From: Octopus vulgaris
Lineage: Eukaryota
Assembly (NCBI GenBank): GCA_951406725.2
Contig: OX597816.1
Coordinates: forward strand, 73,160,001 to 73,224,000
Reading direction: 5' to 3'
Length of the DNA stretch: 64,000 nt
Shown here: positions 31,650 through 45,804 of the stretch, in pieces
How positions within the stretch are numbered: the stretch's first letter is position 1
Layout of the letters: every line of letters starts with the position of its first letter
Notes under the pieces: model-generated
Database searches by the model: none
What the model was told of the DNA's origin: nothing
The model's input: the letters and a program-made list of their open reading frames with translations, nothing else
Made by a program: the position numbers and the translations under genes

Positions 31650-32467
31650 GTGTTGATGTTTGTGTTGTTGTTGGTGTTGGTAGTGGTGGTGGTGGTACTT
31701 GTGTTTGTGCTGTGGCGTATGTTCCTGTTGAGCAACTAATTCAGGAAATTCGACGCCGGTAGCAGCGACGGGAAGAATTTGGTCAAGGCTTGCAGCAGAA
31801 GAATCCAGTGCCGTCACCATAGCAGGAACGGCTGTTTCGGAGCAATCGGAATCATCGGAGGGTGCGTAGACTCCCGACGAACGCAAACGTACATCTTCAG
31901 AACAAACTCTCAACTCGTCCAACTTATTTCCGGCACCGACATCGTCCTCACCTCGGCCGGTGCTCATGTTATCGATATCGACATCAACATCAACATCAAC
32001 ATCAATATCATCGTCATCATTGTTTTTATCAACGTCGACATCATTCACAACATCGTCATCATCATCTTCTTCCCCTTCGTCGTCTTTATCGTTGTTGTAG
32101 GAGACGTTTTTATTGTTGTTGTTGTTGTTGTTCATGGTCACGCCACCGATCTTATTATAAGCGGAAGCACCGTTTTTGTAATTCTCATGAAGACATCGAC
32201 GGCGACGACCACGACGGCAACGACGACGACGACAACGATGAGAACTATCCTCTCTCTCCAGCTCTTCCTCCTCCTCCTCCTCCTCCACCTCCTCCTTCTT
32301 CTTCTCATCCCCATCACCATCATCATCATCATCATCGTCATCGCCACCACCAGTATCACGATCTTCCTCATTACCAACGCAACCGACTACATCCTTGTCA
32401 CCGCAGTCATAATTTCTATCGCAGGTATTATAATCACCATCACCACCACCACCATCATCCTTATTAA

Positions 32468-32499
<32 letters not shown>

Positions 32500-32852
32500 T
32501 CACCACCACCGTTATCCTCGATGCATTTATTATCCTCAATGCCGATGCAATTCCCATCACCAATACTGCTGGAATGTGCCGTTTTTAAAGACGCCATGGT
32601 GTCGTGGTTTTGCGGTGAAGTTGGTACCACTGTTGGCATGGTTAGTTTCAAAAACTTCTTTTTATTGTTATTACTATTATTACTATTACTATTATTATTG
32701 TTGTTGTTGTTGTTATATTTTTTCCTCTTGCTGACAGTTTTGTCGTTGCAGTTGTCGTTGTTGTTGTTATTCCTGTTGTTGTGATGGTGTTTCTTCAGAG
32801 TATGAGCTGTAGCTGTTTTCAGAGTTGTTGTAGTTGCTGCTGCTATCTCCAT
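28079..32852 (-). CDS. Giant low-complexity coding exon of a probable eh1-containing homeobox transcriptional repressor (NK-like class, BarH-like best guess); homeodomain exon not found in window
   Basis: Stop-free 1593-codon ORF. ATG in good Kozak context (ACAACATGG). Ends at a consensus donor (GAAG|GTGAGT, exon end 28079, phase 1). Repeats inside are trinucleotide, unlike the di/tetranucleotide flanks. Contains poly-N/Q/H/S/G/A/P/T tracts and the FxIxxIL motif RPSFLISDILS. Confidence 0.8.
28689..28709 (-). other. eh1 (engrailed homology 1) Groucho/TLE-binding motif FLISDIL
   Basis: Translation ...VTRPSFLISDILSG matches FxIxxIL and lies in a short non-repetitive island. It resembles BarH-type FIL motifs (FLI/FMI-x-DIL) more than the engrailed FFIDNIL type. 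Confidence 0.75.
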
Positions 32853-32874
32853 GTTGTGTTGGTAGCAAAGGGAA

Positions 32875-32940
32875 CTAAGATAAAAAGAAAGAAAGAAAGA
32901 AAGAAAAAGAAACAGAGAAAAAAGAGAAAGAAAGAAAATA
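32875..32940 (-). other. 3' splice acceptor with long polypyrimidine tract, 22 nt upstream of the ATG
   Basis: Minus strand reads TTTTCTTTCTTTCTCTTTTTTCTCTGTTTCTTTTTCTTTCTTTCTTTCTTTTTATCTTAG|TTCCC; implies an upstream exon. Confidence 0.55.
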
Positions 32941-32950
32941 ATTAAAAACG

Positions 32951-33004
<54 letters not shown>

Positions 33005-33132
33005 GTATGTATATATATATTTATATGTATGTATATATATATATATGTATGTATATATTTTTTGTGTGTATGTATGTATTTATGTATGCATATATATATA
33101 TGTGTGTGTGTATGTGTGATTTTGTATGAATA

Positions 33133-33205
<73 letters not shown>

Positions 33206-33210
33206 GTATG

Positions 33211-33242
<32 letters not shown>

Positions 33243-33559
33243 TTTGTATGTATGTAAGTCTGTATGTATGTATGTATGAAGAAAAAAGAGAGAGAGGTGG
33301 GCGAAATGAAACGAATTGCTTTCAGTCAGAAATAAGCGCAAAGTTATTTTTCTTTTCCTCCTTTTCTTTTTTTTTTTTTTTGTTTCACTTTTTCGAGTAC
33401 GTAAGCGTCCTCCACTCAGTAACCAACCATTTATGTAACAACCAGTTATGCCAAATTGAGTAAGACCCACAGTTAGCCAGTCGTTCTTTTCTCTATGGTT
33501 TATAATTCTCACTCATACTTTTCCCCTTTCTCTCCTTTTACACTTAATTTTGTTGTCTT

Positions 33560-33741
33560 TTTTTGTTTTTGTTTTTTTTGTTTTTGTATTTTTTTTTGTT
33601 TTCTTGGATTATACCGTTGATGTTGTTGTTGCTGCTACTGCTGTTGTTGTTGTCGTTGTTGTCGTCGTTGTTGCTGTTGTTGTTTTCGGATATTCACGGC
33701 ACTCGGACACATCCAGCCTCCTACTCTAGGACCAGCCAACC

Positions 33742-33772
<31 letters not shown>

Positions 33773-34188
33773 CTTAAACGATAAACGGAGATATGCAGCC
33801 GATAGAAACCGACAAATCGAACTCAAATATTGCTGCCAGCTGGTTAGACACAGACCGACAGATAGAGAGAGAGAGAAGGAGAGACAGATAGACAGATAGA
33901 CAGATACACGGACACACAGACAGACAGACAGACACACAGACACACAGACAGTTAGTGAGCCAGCCGACACATCGACAACTTCGACCCACCGACTTTTCCA
34001 TTCATTCAGACCGACCTACCTGTTTAGTAACTGGTTCATCGAGAAATGGGGGCGGTCTGTTTTTTTTTACACCTTCGCCCAAGAACTTCTTAACAAAAAG
34101 AAAAAAAAAAAAACATTCACCCCCACCACCACCACCACTACCACCACCACAACCGCCGCCGCTGCCGTCACTGCCATCAACTTTATCC

Positions 34189-34219
<31 letters not shown>

Positions 34220-34400
34220 TCTTACTCGCTTGCTTTCGCTCTTGCCCTCTTTCTCAATCTTGTCCTCCCTCCCTCTCTTTATCTCTCTCTCTCTCTCCCT
34301 TGCTTTACTCTGTGTATATATATATATATCCACGAACCGGAGCGCCACCGTCGCTGCTACTTGATAATAATAATAATAATGATAATAGTCTATTACTCCT
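33560..34400 (-). promoter_or_regulatory. Candidate 5'UTR exon / promoter region of the minus-strand gene
   Basis: Relatively GC/CpG-rich, transposon-free stretch just upstream of the acceptor, with long GA/CT tracts (33860-33900, 34185-34300); no TSS can be assigned. Confidence 0.35.
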
Positions 34401-34544
34401 CCTTTATCTCTCAATAAACACACACACACTTATTAACATACACACACACACTTATTAACATACACACACACACACACACAATCTTACAAACTAAAGAAGA
34501 AAGATTTGTGAGATTTTACTTCTTTAGGCTAACATTATTTCTCT

Positions 34545-34840
34545 CGCAAATTCCGCCGAGGTCGACTTTGCCTTTCATCCTTTCGGTGGGTCGAGAAATT
34601 AAGTACCAGTTGCGTACTGAGGGCGATCTGAACGACTGGCCCCGTCCCCCAAAATTTCGGGCCTTTTGCCTAGAGTAAGAAAATAATTATTTCTCTAGCT
34701 TCCTGGCCGACGGACTGGCCGAATCGTTAGCGCCATCCAAGAAAATATTTTGCGATAGTTAGGCTCGGGTTTCCATAGTCTGGTACCAAGAGTTTTTAAC
34801 TTTGCTTTTCATTCTTCCGGAGTCGAAAACAAATAAATTA
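34545..34840 (+). mobile_element. Two Nin-domain SINE copies
   Basis: CAAATTCCGCCGAGGTCGACTTTGCCTTTCATCCTTTCGG..GTACCAG, followed by a second degenerate head. Confidence 0.75.
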
Positions 34841-34956
34841 CAACTTGTGTATTAATATCGATATATTGAACTATAGTTATCTTTCTTCTACCAATGTTCT
34901 GGCCTCGTGCTATGTTAGAAATGATGCCCCCGTGCGCACACACAAACACACACACA

Positions 34957-34996
<40 letters not shown>

Positions 34997-35117
34997 TGCA
35001 TTTGTATGTATATACTATGTGTGTGTGTATGTTTAATAATTAACATTATACGATATGTGCGTATGATAGATTTTTAGACTGTTTACATATCCCAGTTAGT
35101 GTATCTTTATATTTGAG

Positions 35118-35254
35118 ACGTAGGCGTGGGTGTGTGCTTCTCAACCACATGGTTCCGGGTTCAGTTCCACTGCGTAGCACCTTGGGCAAGTGTCTTCTAC
35201 TATAACACCGGGCTGATCAAAGCCTTGTGAGTGGAAACTTAAAGAAACCTGTCG

Positions 35255-35325
<71 letters not shown>

Positions 35326-35540
35326 GTGCTTGCGTCCGTTTTTGTCCCCCTATGATGATGTGTTCCCCGATAATGATGTGTTTACGTTCTCATAACTTAG
35401 CGGTTCATTAAAAGAAAAAAGAACGATGGAATAAGTACTAGGCTTCCAAAGAATAAGTCTTAGGGTCAATTTCTTCGGCTAAAACCCTTTAAGGAGGTGC
35501 TCCAGCATGGCCACAGTCAAAATGGATGAAGCAAGTAAAA

Positions 35541-35545
<5 letters not shown>
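35118..35545 (+). mobile_element. CORE-like tRNA-SINE with internal microsatellite (near full length)
   Basis: tRNA-like head CCGGGTTCAGTTCC, CORE-like CACCTTGGGCAAGTGTCTTCTAC, internal (TG)n, tail GGTGCTCCAGCATGGCCACAGTCAAAATG. Confidence 0.75.
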
Positions 35546-35593
<48 letters not shown>

Positions 35594-35740
35594 CATGTAT
35601 GTATGTATGTATGTATGTATGTATGTATGTATGTATGTAGGTGTGTATGTATATGCATATACATCTTACATACATGTATATATAGATGTATATTTACAAA
35701 CATATATAAAAACAGCAACAATACCGGGTTTTTCATTAAT

Positions 35741-35773
35741 TACAGTAATCCACGAAGTAGAAAGAGTACTGTA

Positions 35774-35811
<38 letters not shown>

Positions 35812-36123
35812 TGTGTATATATATATATATATAAGAATAAATGTTTTTATATATAAAGAACGTGAAATACAGGAAGGGACGAACACGGAACACAGACAAA
35901 TCATTCGAAGCCTTCAATCTTCAGTCAGACACCGAATCATCATAGCAAAATATATATATATTATTCTTATAATTTCTATGAATTTATTTTATATATATAT
36001 ATATTAATTTATTTTATTATAAACGCAAAACAACACCACGGAGGAATCGACGTAAGCTTAAATAATATATCGCGATAGGTAAACCGCGATGGGTGAACCG
36101 CGATGTGGCGAGAGATTGCTGTA
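35741..36123. mobile_element. Possible pogo/Tigger-like MITE with nested (TA)n-associated insertion
   Basis: TACAGTAATCCACG ... CGAGAGATTGCTGTA imperfect TIRs; subterminal AACCGCGAT repeats. Confidence 0.4.
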
Positions 36124-36774
36124 AATACAAAATAGATTTAATATATAGTTTACAAGCGAATCCAAAAACCAGATATTCTATGAATTGACAGTTACTATCA
36201 TCATTTCAAACATTGGGACTCAATCTCCAGATTTCTAAGCAATGGCGTGAATTTTTTTTCTGAATCAACCTAAGTATATGATTGGTATTTCCTTTTGTAT
36301 ATTTCTCCGTTTGTTGAAAACCCTAAAACAATTATTTTTTCCAGCATTTCCTCCTTTTATCAGACCACTAACTCGATTTCTCCCTTTCGGATATCGTTTA
36401 TATTGTGAACCGTTATTTGTTTTAGTCATTAGATTACGGCCATGCTTGGGCACCACCTTGAAGGGTTTTGTTTTTACAAATCAACCTAAGTATTTATGCT
36501 ATCTTTGTTGTCTGTCTGTTTTGTTTTGTTTGTTTGTTTTTTAAATCTGTTACTTATTCCATCGGTGTCTTTTGCCGAACTGCTAACTTAAGGAAACGCA
36601 AACAAACCAACACCAGTTGTCAAGTGATGGTGCAGGTGCGTGAAGCAATCACAGGCATAATCACACACAAACATATGCTCGCGCGTGCACACACACGCAG
36701 GCACAAACACATACACATATACACATATATGTATGTATATATATGTATATATATATATGTGTGTGTATATATAT

Positions 36775-36832
<58 letters not shown>

Positions 36833-36834
36833 TT

Positions 36835-36888
<54 letters not shown>

Positions 36889-37219
36889 CATACATACATA
36901 CATACATACATACATACATACATACATACATACATACATACATACATACACACATACATACATATATATATATATACATATATATTCAGCAAAATTTAGA
37001 TTCAAATGAATATGGTACTTAAGTTAGATGCACCAGAATTTTGTATGGTGTTATCCATATAAATCCATGGGGTGATTATAATCAACATAAGCAACAAGAA
37101 TATCTTCCGTAACATAGGATAAACTTATTACAAAAGTCCAGAAACAATGCGTGGTGAAATATTTGTGCGTGCCTGTGTGTCTGTGTGCGCGCGCGCGCGT
37201 ATGTGTACATGTAGGTATG

Positions 37220-37261
<42 letters not shown>

Positions 37262-38037
37262 GGATTGAGGGCTTCGAGTGTCCCGTTCGTGTTTTTTGTA
37301 TAGTCTTCTAAATGTTTCACGTTCTTGTCCCAGTTTGTATTTTTTTACATTTACATGTATATATATATATATATATATATAGGTATGCATGTATGTATAG
37401 ATGGACGTTTGTATATGTATATATATCGGTGCCTCGTTGTACCATTTATTTACTTTTATATATATATATATATATATAAACACATCTCTAAACATATATA
37501 TAAATAGTATACATGCATATTTATGTATATATATATATGTATATATATATTTATCCATATGTGCACATGTTGTACGGCAGGTTTCCGCACAGTTTCCGTC
37601 CCCCAAATTAACGCACATCGTATTTGTCAAAACTAGATTTGTCGTATATAGAACAATCCATTATTATAAAATTATCAACCTTATAGTAATTAATTATAAC
37701 AATGATCTCTTTACGTTAATTGATTTGAGAATTCCGGTTGAGAAATGTTTTTGAATTAACAAAAAATTCATCAGTATTTGCGTTGTGTTCATTAGCTTTA
37801 TTTAATTAAATGTTGAAATTAAAGACACTAATAAAGTTAAACTTCTGCATCAGAGGTAGATGTAGGAATGGGTTTAGGCGCAAGCATGGCTGTGTGGTAA
37901 GATGTTTGCTTCCTATTCTCATGGCTTAGGGCTCAATCCCACTGCATGGTATTTTGAGCAAGTGTTTTCTACTTATAGCCTCAGCCCGAACAAATCCTTC
38001 TGGGTGGAAGTGGTAGACGGAAACTGAAACAAGCTCG

Positions 38038-38125
<88 letters not shown>

Positions 38126-38619
38126 CTATACACATACATATATGTGTGCGATGGCAAAAATAGGCGATGGAATAAATAAAATACTTTAAAAAAATGTACA
38201 GGAATCGATTTGTTTCACTAAAACCTTTCGAAACAGTGTCCCAGCTTGACCGCTGTCCAATGATTGAAACGAGTAAAAGAAAAAAAAGATTAAAATTAAT
38301 TTTAGAGGAAACAAGGCGAATAATGAAGAAGAAATTTTTTTAAAGGTTCAGGGTCCTTGGAATATCCCACCAAGTCCCAAGGATTTCTCGCTTAATAATT
38401 TCAACAGAGGAAGACTTGAACCCGTTAAGTAGAACGATGAGAATAGATACTGAATCCAACATTTAATCCAGGATATTTATTATATTAATTCCAGCAAAGC
38501 TGAAGATTGAAGGTCTACAATGTGGATCAACCTGCTAGAAATAGCAATCAAATTTCCTTTAACTTACATCCTACTACCTAAAATATACAATTGCATACTA
38601 CATAATACTTTATGCTTTA

Positions 38620-39140
38620 GATACAAGGCCTGAAATTTGGCGGGAGGGGACTAGTCGATTACATCGACCCCAGTACGTAACTGGTACTTAACTAATCGGC
38701 CCCGAAAGGATGAACGGCAAAGGTGACCTCGGCGGGATTTGAAATTGTATCGCATACTAAATAATGAAATCCCTGGTATACGAAAGAGAGATATAATAAT
38801 AGCATCATATTTTGCCACAATAGCAGCATACCTCACAATTTGTGAGGTATGGGTTAATCGATTACATTGGCCCCAGTGCTCTAAGGCTACTTCTTTTATC
38901 GACCCCGAAAAAAATTAAAGACAAATTCGAACTCTTCGGCGGTGCATTTCGGAACGTAAAGATGAAGGAATTCCGCAACATCGGAACAGGAACACAAATT
39001 TTGTGGGCAGTGGTAATCCATAAAATCGCCGACGATATATCACTGACACATTTCTTTATCCACACCTGGGAGTGGGGATGAACTCAGCGGAATTCGAACT
39101 CAGGACATAAGGAACTAGAGCAAATACATTTAGGCACTTA
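38620..39140 (-). mobile_element. Nin-domain SINE fragments
   Basis: GTCGATTACATCGACCCCAG..CCCGAAAGGATGAACGGCAAAGG..CTCGGCGGGATTTGAA and two further partial copies. Confidence 0.7.
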
Positions 39141-39278
39141 TCCGACATGGAAGTTGTTCTTCGTACACAAAAATATATACTCAGATGTATGTATGTATGT
39201 ATGTATGTATGTATGTATGTATGTATGTATGTATGTATGTATGTATGTATGTATGTATGATATATATACATGTATAAC

Positions 39279-39314
<36 letters not shown>

Positions 39315-39403
39315 GCCCTGTGTGTATATACACATGTATACGTATATACATATATATATTCGAATATATGTACATGCATACATACATACATACATGCACA
39401 CAT

Positions 39404-39494
<91 letters not shown>

Positions 39495-39635
39495 CCGGAG
39501 TAAGCACATAAATGCGAAACAAGGTGGAAAGAATAGTACTCGAATACCAGAGGTAGAGTAATATGCTTTATTAAAAAGCAGTAAAAATATCACAAAAACA
39601 CTTATTGTGATAGATTACTGCTTTTTAATAAAGAA

Positions 39636-39866
39636 TTGGGTTGGTGCATAATTATTGTGGCTTATTTTTTCCAACAAATTCTATTCAACAAAAACAATTA
39701 CGTGTTACGAAAAGATCTTTAAATAATTATTCCGGAGCATATTCACCATCTACTTCAATTACTGCTACCCATTTGGTTGGTAGACGGTCAGACCGTCATT
39801 TAAAGATGTTTTTGTTAAATATTGTTATTGTTTTTGTTGAAAAAAAGCCACAATAATTATGCACCA

Positions 39867-39872
<6 letters not shown>
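39636..39872. mobile_element. Mariner-type MITE
   Basis: TIRs GGGTTGGTGCATAATTATTGTGGCT / AGCCACAATAATTATGCACCAACCC, followed by TA. Confidence 0.8.
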
Positions 39873-39965
<93 letters not shown>

Positions 39966-40015
39966 CGTTATCATTATTATTATTTTTATTATTATTATTA
40001 TTATCATTATATTAC

Positions 40016-40077
<62 letters not shown>

Positions 40078-40356
40078 TAAATTAACTTGGCAATTTGAAA
40101 AATTCAGAGAAAAACAATAAGGATTAGCAGAGCATTGTTTACCGGAAAACACAGGACACCAAATAAAATTTTATTAGATACATCACAATACTTCCACACG
40201 GGCTCCTTTGGTTACATTTATTCTTTGTTTTTGCTTTTTTCTTCCTGAATTTTTCTAATAGTAAAGGTAATTTATGGTTACCCTATGTATGTAACTACAC
40301 GTGGACTGTTGGCAATGTTTTTTCCTCCTTTTTCTATTGGTCTTTCCTATGTCTCA

Positions 40357-40393
40357 TGTTTTCGAAGACGAGCTTTGCTCGAAATGCAAAACA
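40357..40393 (+). ncRNA. Degenerate minimal hammerhead-like motif
   Basis: TGTTT-TCGAAGA-C-GAGC ttt GCTC-GAAA-TG-CA-AAACA; 5-bp stem I retained; downstream sequence resembles the 63.7 kb family. Confidence 0.45.
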
Positions 40394-40535
40394 ACCACTC
40401 TTTTTTTTTCCTTCTCTGAACGTCTTATTAATTTTTTGCATGTACCACGTCCTCACGTCGTTGTCTTTTCTTGTCCTTTTTCTCCATTTTTTTTATTAAT
40501 CATATATATATATATATATATATAAGCCCGTCGTA

Positions 40536-40590
<55 letters not shown>

Positions 40591-40799
40591 ATGTATTTGT
40601 GTGTCTGTGTTTGTGTACCCCCAACATCGGTTGACAACCGATGCTGGTGTGTTTACGTCCCCATAACTTAGCGGTTCGGCAAAAGAGACTGATAGAATAA
40701 GTACTAGGCTTACAAAGAATAAGTCCTGGGGTCGATTTCCTCAACTAAAGGCGGTGCTCCAACATGGCCACAGTCAAAATGACTGAAACAAGTAAATGA

Positions 40800-40902
<103 letters not shown>

Positions 40903-40908
40903 CACATG

Positions 40909-40940
<32 letters not shown>

Positions 40941-40966
40941 TGTTTTACACACACACATACATACAT

Positions 40967-41023
<57 letters not shown>

Positions 41024-41299
41024 ATAAAGGTTCCATGTGCTTCGCCCGCTTCTTCAGTATTTTTCGGTTTTCAGTTCCCTTTCCTCCTACCTTCGCACTC
41101 ACCACCCTACTTCGAAGAAGTACAATGTCCGAAACGTTTTTGCTGAATCTTTTTATCTTTCTGATGGCCAAGCTTTCATGAAGAATTTAGCCCTTATTTT
41201 TGTTGTTGATTTTTTCATAAATATTTCTTCCCTCTTTCCTTCGTTTCTTCCCCTACTCTCCCCCTTCTCTCTCTCTCTCTATATATATATATACACTCT

Positions 41300-41529
41300 T
41301 TTATACTTTTACTTCTTTCAGTAATTTGACTGTGGCCTTGCTGGAGTACTGCATTGAAGGGTTTTAGTCGAACAAATCGATCCAAGGACTTAATCTTTTT
41401 TAAACGTAGTACTTATTTATTCTCTTTTGCCGAACCACTGAGTTACGGAGTCGTAAATACAACAGCACTGGTTGTCAAGCGGTGATAAAGAGACAAACAC
41501 AAATGTAGATGCACACACACACACACACA

Positions 41530-41566
<37 letters not shown>

Positions 41567-41700
41567 GACGGGTATATATACACCAAGGATTTGGTCGGCT
41601 CTACGCTATAGTAGAAGACATCCAAATTACCACGTAGTGGGACTGAGCCCGGAGCTATGAGGTTGGGAAAACATTCCTTACCACACACTACACCTGTGTA
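41300..41700 (-). mobile_element. CORE-like SINE, near full length
   Basis: Reverse complement of the same family including head and tail. Confidence 0.7.
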
Positions 41701-41710
41701 TATATATATA

Positions 41711-41758
<48 letters not shown>

Positions 41759-41975
41759 TGTGTGTGAGTGTGTGTGTGTGTATGTATATATATATACATG
41801 TTTATATGCATATATATATGTGCGTGTGTGCGTGGATAGATAAGTAACAGAGAATACAGAGGAGGAAAAAAATGCTCATGTTGTGAACTTCTTTAGCTTC
41901 CAGCTGTTTCTGCAATAAGATGCAGTGGACTCTTAGTTGAGTAGATAGGTATATAGATACACTAATAAATATAAG

Positions 41976-42024
<49 letters not shown>

Positions 42025-42028
42025 ACAA

Positions 42029-42059
<31 letters not shown>

Positions 42060-42119
42060 GATACAATCATACATACATAAATGCAGTCATACTTATATAC
42101 ACACACACATATAAAAACA

Positions 42120-42233
42120 TGGGCAAGTGTCTTCTACTATAGCCTCGGGCCGACCAAAGCCTTATGAATGGATTTGGTAGACGGAAACTGAAAGAAGCCC
42201 GTTGTGTATATATATATATATATGTGTGTATGT

Positions 42234-42275
<42 letters not shown>

Positions 42276-42495
42276 ATATATGTTTGTGTGTCTGTATTTC
42301 TCCCTAAAACATCGCTTGACTACCGATGCTGGTATGTTTACATCTCCGTCACCTAGCGGTTCGACAAAAGAGATCCGATAGAATAAGTACTAGGCTTACA
42401 AAACATAAGCTCTGGGGTCGATTTGCTCGACTGAAGGTGGTGCTCCAGCATGGCCGCAGTCAAATGACTGAAACAAGTAAAGGAGTTAAAGAGTA
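42120..42495 (+). mobile_element. CORE-like SINE (5'-truncated)
   Basis: GGGCAAGTGTCTTCTACTATAGCCTCGGGCCGACCAAAGCC..(TG)n..GGTGGTGCTCCAGCATGGCCGCAGTCAAATGACTGAAACAAG. Confidence 0.8.
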
Positions 42496-42571
42496 CATAT
42501 ACGACACACACATGTATTTAAAAATACATGTATATACAAACACACATATATGCATATATATCTATGTGTGC

Positions 42572-42654
<83 letters not shown>

Positions 42655-42711
42655 TATATATATACATATACATATAAACATATATACATATACATCTATA
42701 CATATATACAT

Positions 42712-42759
<48 letters not shown>

Positions 42760-42916
42760 ACGTACATATATAGATGTATATGACGGATACCTCTTATGTG
42801 TTTAAATGTACACTGTATTTATATGAATAACATATAGTCTATTGACGAATTATTCTACACGCTAGGCCACTGGTACTAAAAATTTCTAAAATTTATCTTA
42901 CTCTGATATGATTAAT

Positions 42917-43180
<264 letters not shown>

Positions 43181-43244
43181 CGGCGGTGCATCAGCATGGC
43201 TGCAGCTATGAGCTGAAACTACAGAAAGAAAAGAAAATATACTT

Positions 43245-43333
<89 letters not shown>

Positions 43334-43910
43334 TATTCATACAGAAACATACAAACATTAATACGTGTGTTCATATATATATACATACACGCACGCACAC
43401 TGACTGACACTCGTACACATACATACATACATACATACATACATGCATGCATGCATACATACATGCATACATATATGCATAGATGCGTGTGAGCAGTTGC
43501 ACAAACAACGTGTATTGCGCTGGACTGATTTACTCCCGACAAACGAAATAACCCTTCTACTGCCACCGCTGTCATCTGATTATCAGCGCATTCTTCCCTG
43601 CAGTCCATTTAAAAGTATTACTTTATTACCGTTAAAAGTCTAATATGTTTACGTGTGTGTGTATGTATGTATGTATGTATGTATGTATGTATGTATGTAT
43701 GTATGTATGTATGTATGTATGTATGTATGTATGTGCGTATGTATGCATCTATGCTTGTATTTATGTATGTATTTATTCATGTATATATTATGTGAGTGTG
43801 TATATATATACATACATATATATATATCAATGTAAATAAAAAAATATAAAATTGCATTACGTATATATATGCATACATACATATATACATAATTACTTAT
43901 ATATATATAT

Positions 43911-43981
<71 letters not shown>

Positions 43982-44453
43982 TATATGTATATATATGGCC
44001 ACATACATATATACATACATACATGCATAATTACATACAAACATACATACATACACACACATACATACACAAACACATATATACATACGTAAATACATAC
44101 ATACATACATACATACATACATACATACATCCATACATACATACACATATACATACATAAACATACCTCATCTTTTGTGGCTTCGAATTACGCCTTTTTC
44201 CGACTTTTACGTTTGTTCTTTTTTCTTCTTCTTTTCTTTTTTTTTGGTAAGAAAAAATAGAAAAAAAATTAAATCTCAACTTCAGTCGATTTATTCGACT
44301 CTACGCACAAAAATTTTATTAATAAAAAAAAAAACTCACTTAAAAAGTGATACTGAAGTGGAAAAATCAACTAAAATACATGTGAAAATATTTTCAAACT
44401 ATTTATTAAATCAGTTGTAAGCTAATAAATTTTCTTAAATGTTTTTACATATT

Positions 44454-44618
44454 GGCGCAGGTGTGGCTGTGTGGTAAATAGCTTGCTTCCCAACCACATG
44501 GCTCTGGGTTCAGTCCTACTGTGTGGCACCTGGACAAGTGTCTTCTACTACGACTGACCAAAGCCTTGTGAAGGGATTTGGTAGACGGAAACTAAAAGAA
44601 GCCTGTCGTATACATATA

Positions 44619-44685
<67 letters not shown>

Positions 44686-44815
44686 CTGTTTGTGTATCTG
44701 TGTTTGTCCCCCTACCATCGCTTGACAACCGATGTTGGTGTGTTTACGTCCCCGCGTACCTTAGGGGTTCGGTAAAATAACCGATAGAATAAGTTCTAGG
44801 CTTTTTAAAAGAATG
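44454..44815 (+). mobile_element. CORE-like SINE
   Basis: Head GGCGCAGGTGTGGCTGTGTGGTAA..GGGTTCAGTCC, internal (TG)n. Confidence 0.8.
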
Positions 44816-44974
44816 ATAGAATAAAAGAATTACTTTACTTTTCGAGTAAAGTCGTATGTTCTAGTACCAATTACCGACGTAAGTTGAGGTTACCTTGTAT
44901 ATTGGTTTGGTGACGCAAACCGTAATCTAGAACCCAAAAGCTTAAGAATATATATATTCCTCCATCATTCAGAA

Positions 44975-45390
44975 TTGTTAGAATCTTGGGCTAAATGCTT
45001 AGCAGCATTTCGTCCATCTTTACCTTTCTGAGTTCAAATTCCGCCGAGGTCGACTTTGCCTTTCATCTTTCTCGAGGTCGATAAAATAAATACCAATTTA
45101 GCACTGGGTTCGATGCTAACCCACCCCGCCTCTCCGGAATTGCTGACCTTGTGCCAAAAATTAAGACTATTGTTTCATAACCGGTGAAGGTAGCTAACTG
45201 GTAGAATCGTTTATCACGGCGAACTAAATACTTAGCGGTAATTCTCCTGGCCTTAAGCTCCGAGGTCGACTTCACTTTTAGATTTTCGGGGACGATAACA
45301 CAAGTACCATTCAAGCACTAGCGTGGATGATATCGGATACCCTTTCCCCTAAAAGTGCTGGCTTGGCACCAAAATTTGAAACCACTGTTT
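44975..45390 (+). mobile_element. Two tandem Nin-domain SINEs
   Basis: TCTGAGTTCAAATTCCGCCGAGGTCGACTTTGCCTTTCATC and a second copy. Confidence 0.75.
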
Positions 45391-45548
45391 TATAATCAGT
45401 AGAAGTTACAGAGTAGCTCAATTGCTAAAAGTTTCGTGTACTGGTATTACAACCAGAAATCTCTTGAATTCAATCAAGTTTGATAAATGTCAATGTGCAA
45501 AACTCTCGGCCCTTGAGTCATTTTACAAAAAAATTGACGATAATTATA

Positions 45549-45580
<32 letters not shown>

Positions 45581-45643
45581 TAATAATAATAATAATAATA
45601 ATAATGATAATAATAATGATAATAATAATGATAATAATAATAA

Positions 45644-45674
<31 letters not shown>

Positions 45675-45804
45675 AAGAAGAAGAAGAAGAAGAAGAAGAA
45701 AAAGAAGAAGAAGAAGAAGAGGGAGGAGGAGAAGGAGGAGGAGGAGGAGAAGAAGAAGAAGAAGAAGAAGAAGAAGAAGAAGAAGAAGAAGAACTTATTC
45801 AGTT

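Noticed and set aside
28362-32784. Plus-strand and alternative-frame ORFs overlapping the giant exon
   Set aside because: Expected shadows of trinucleotide repeats; no motifs or splice signals.
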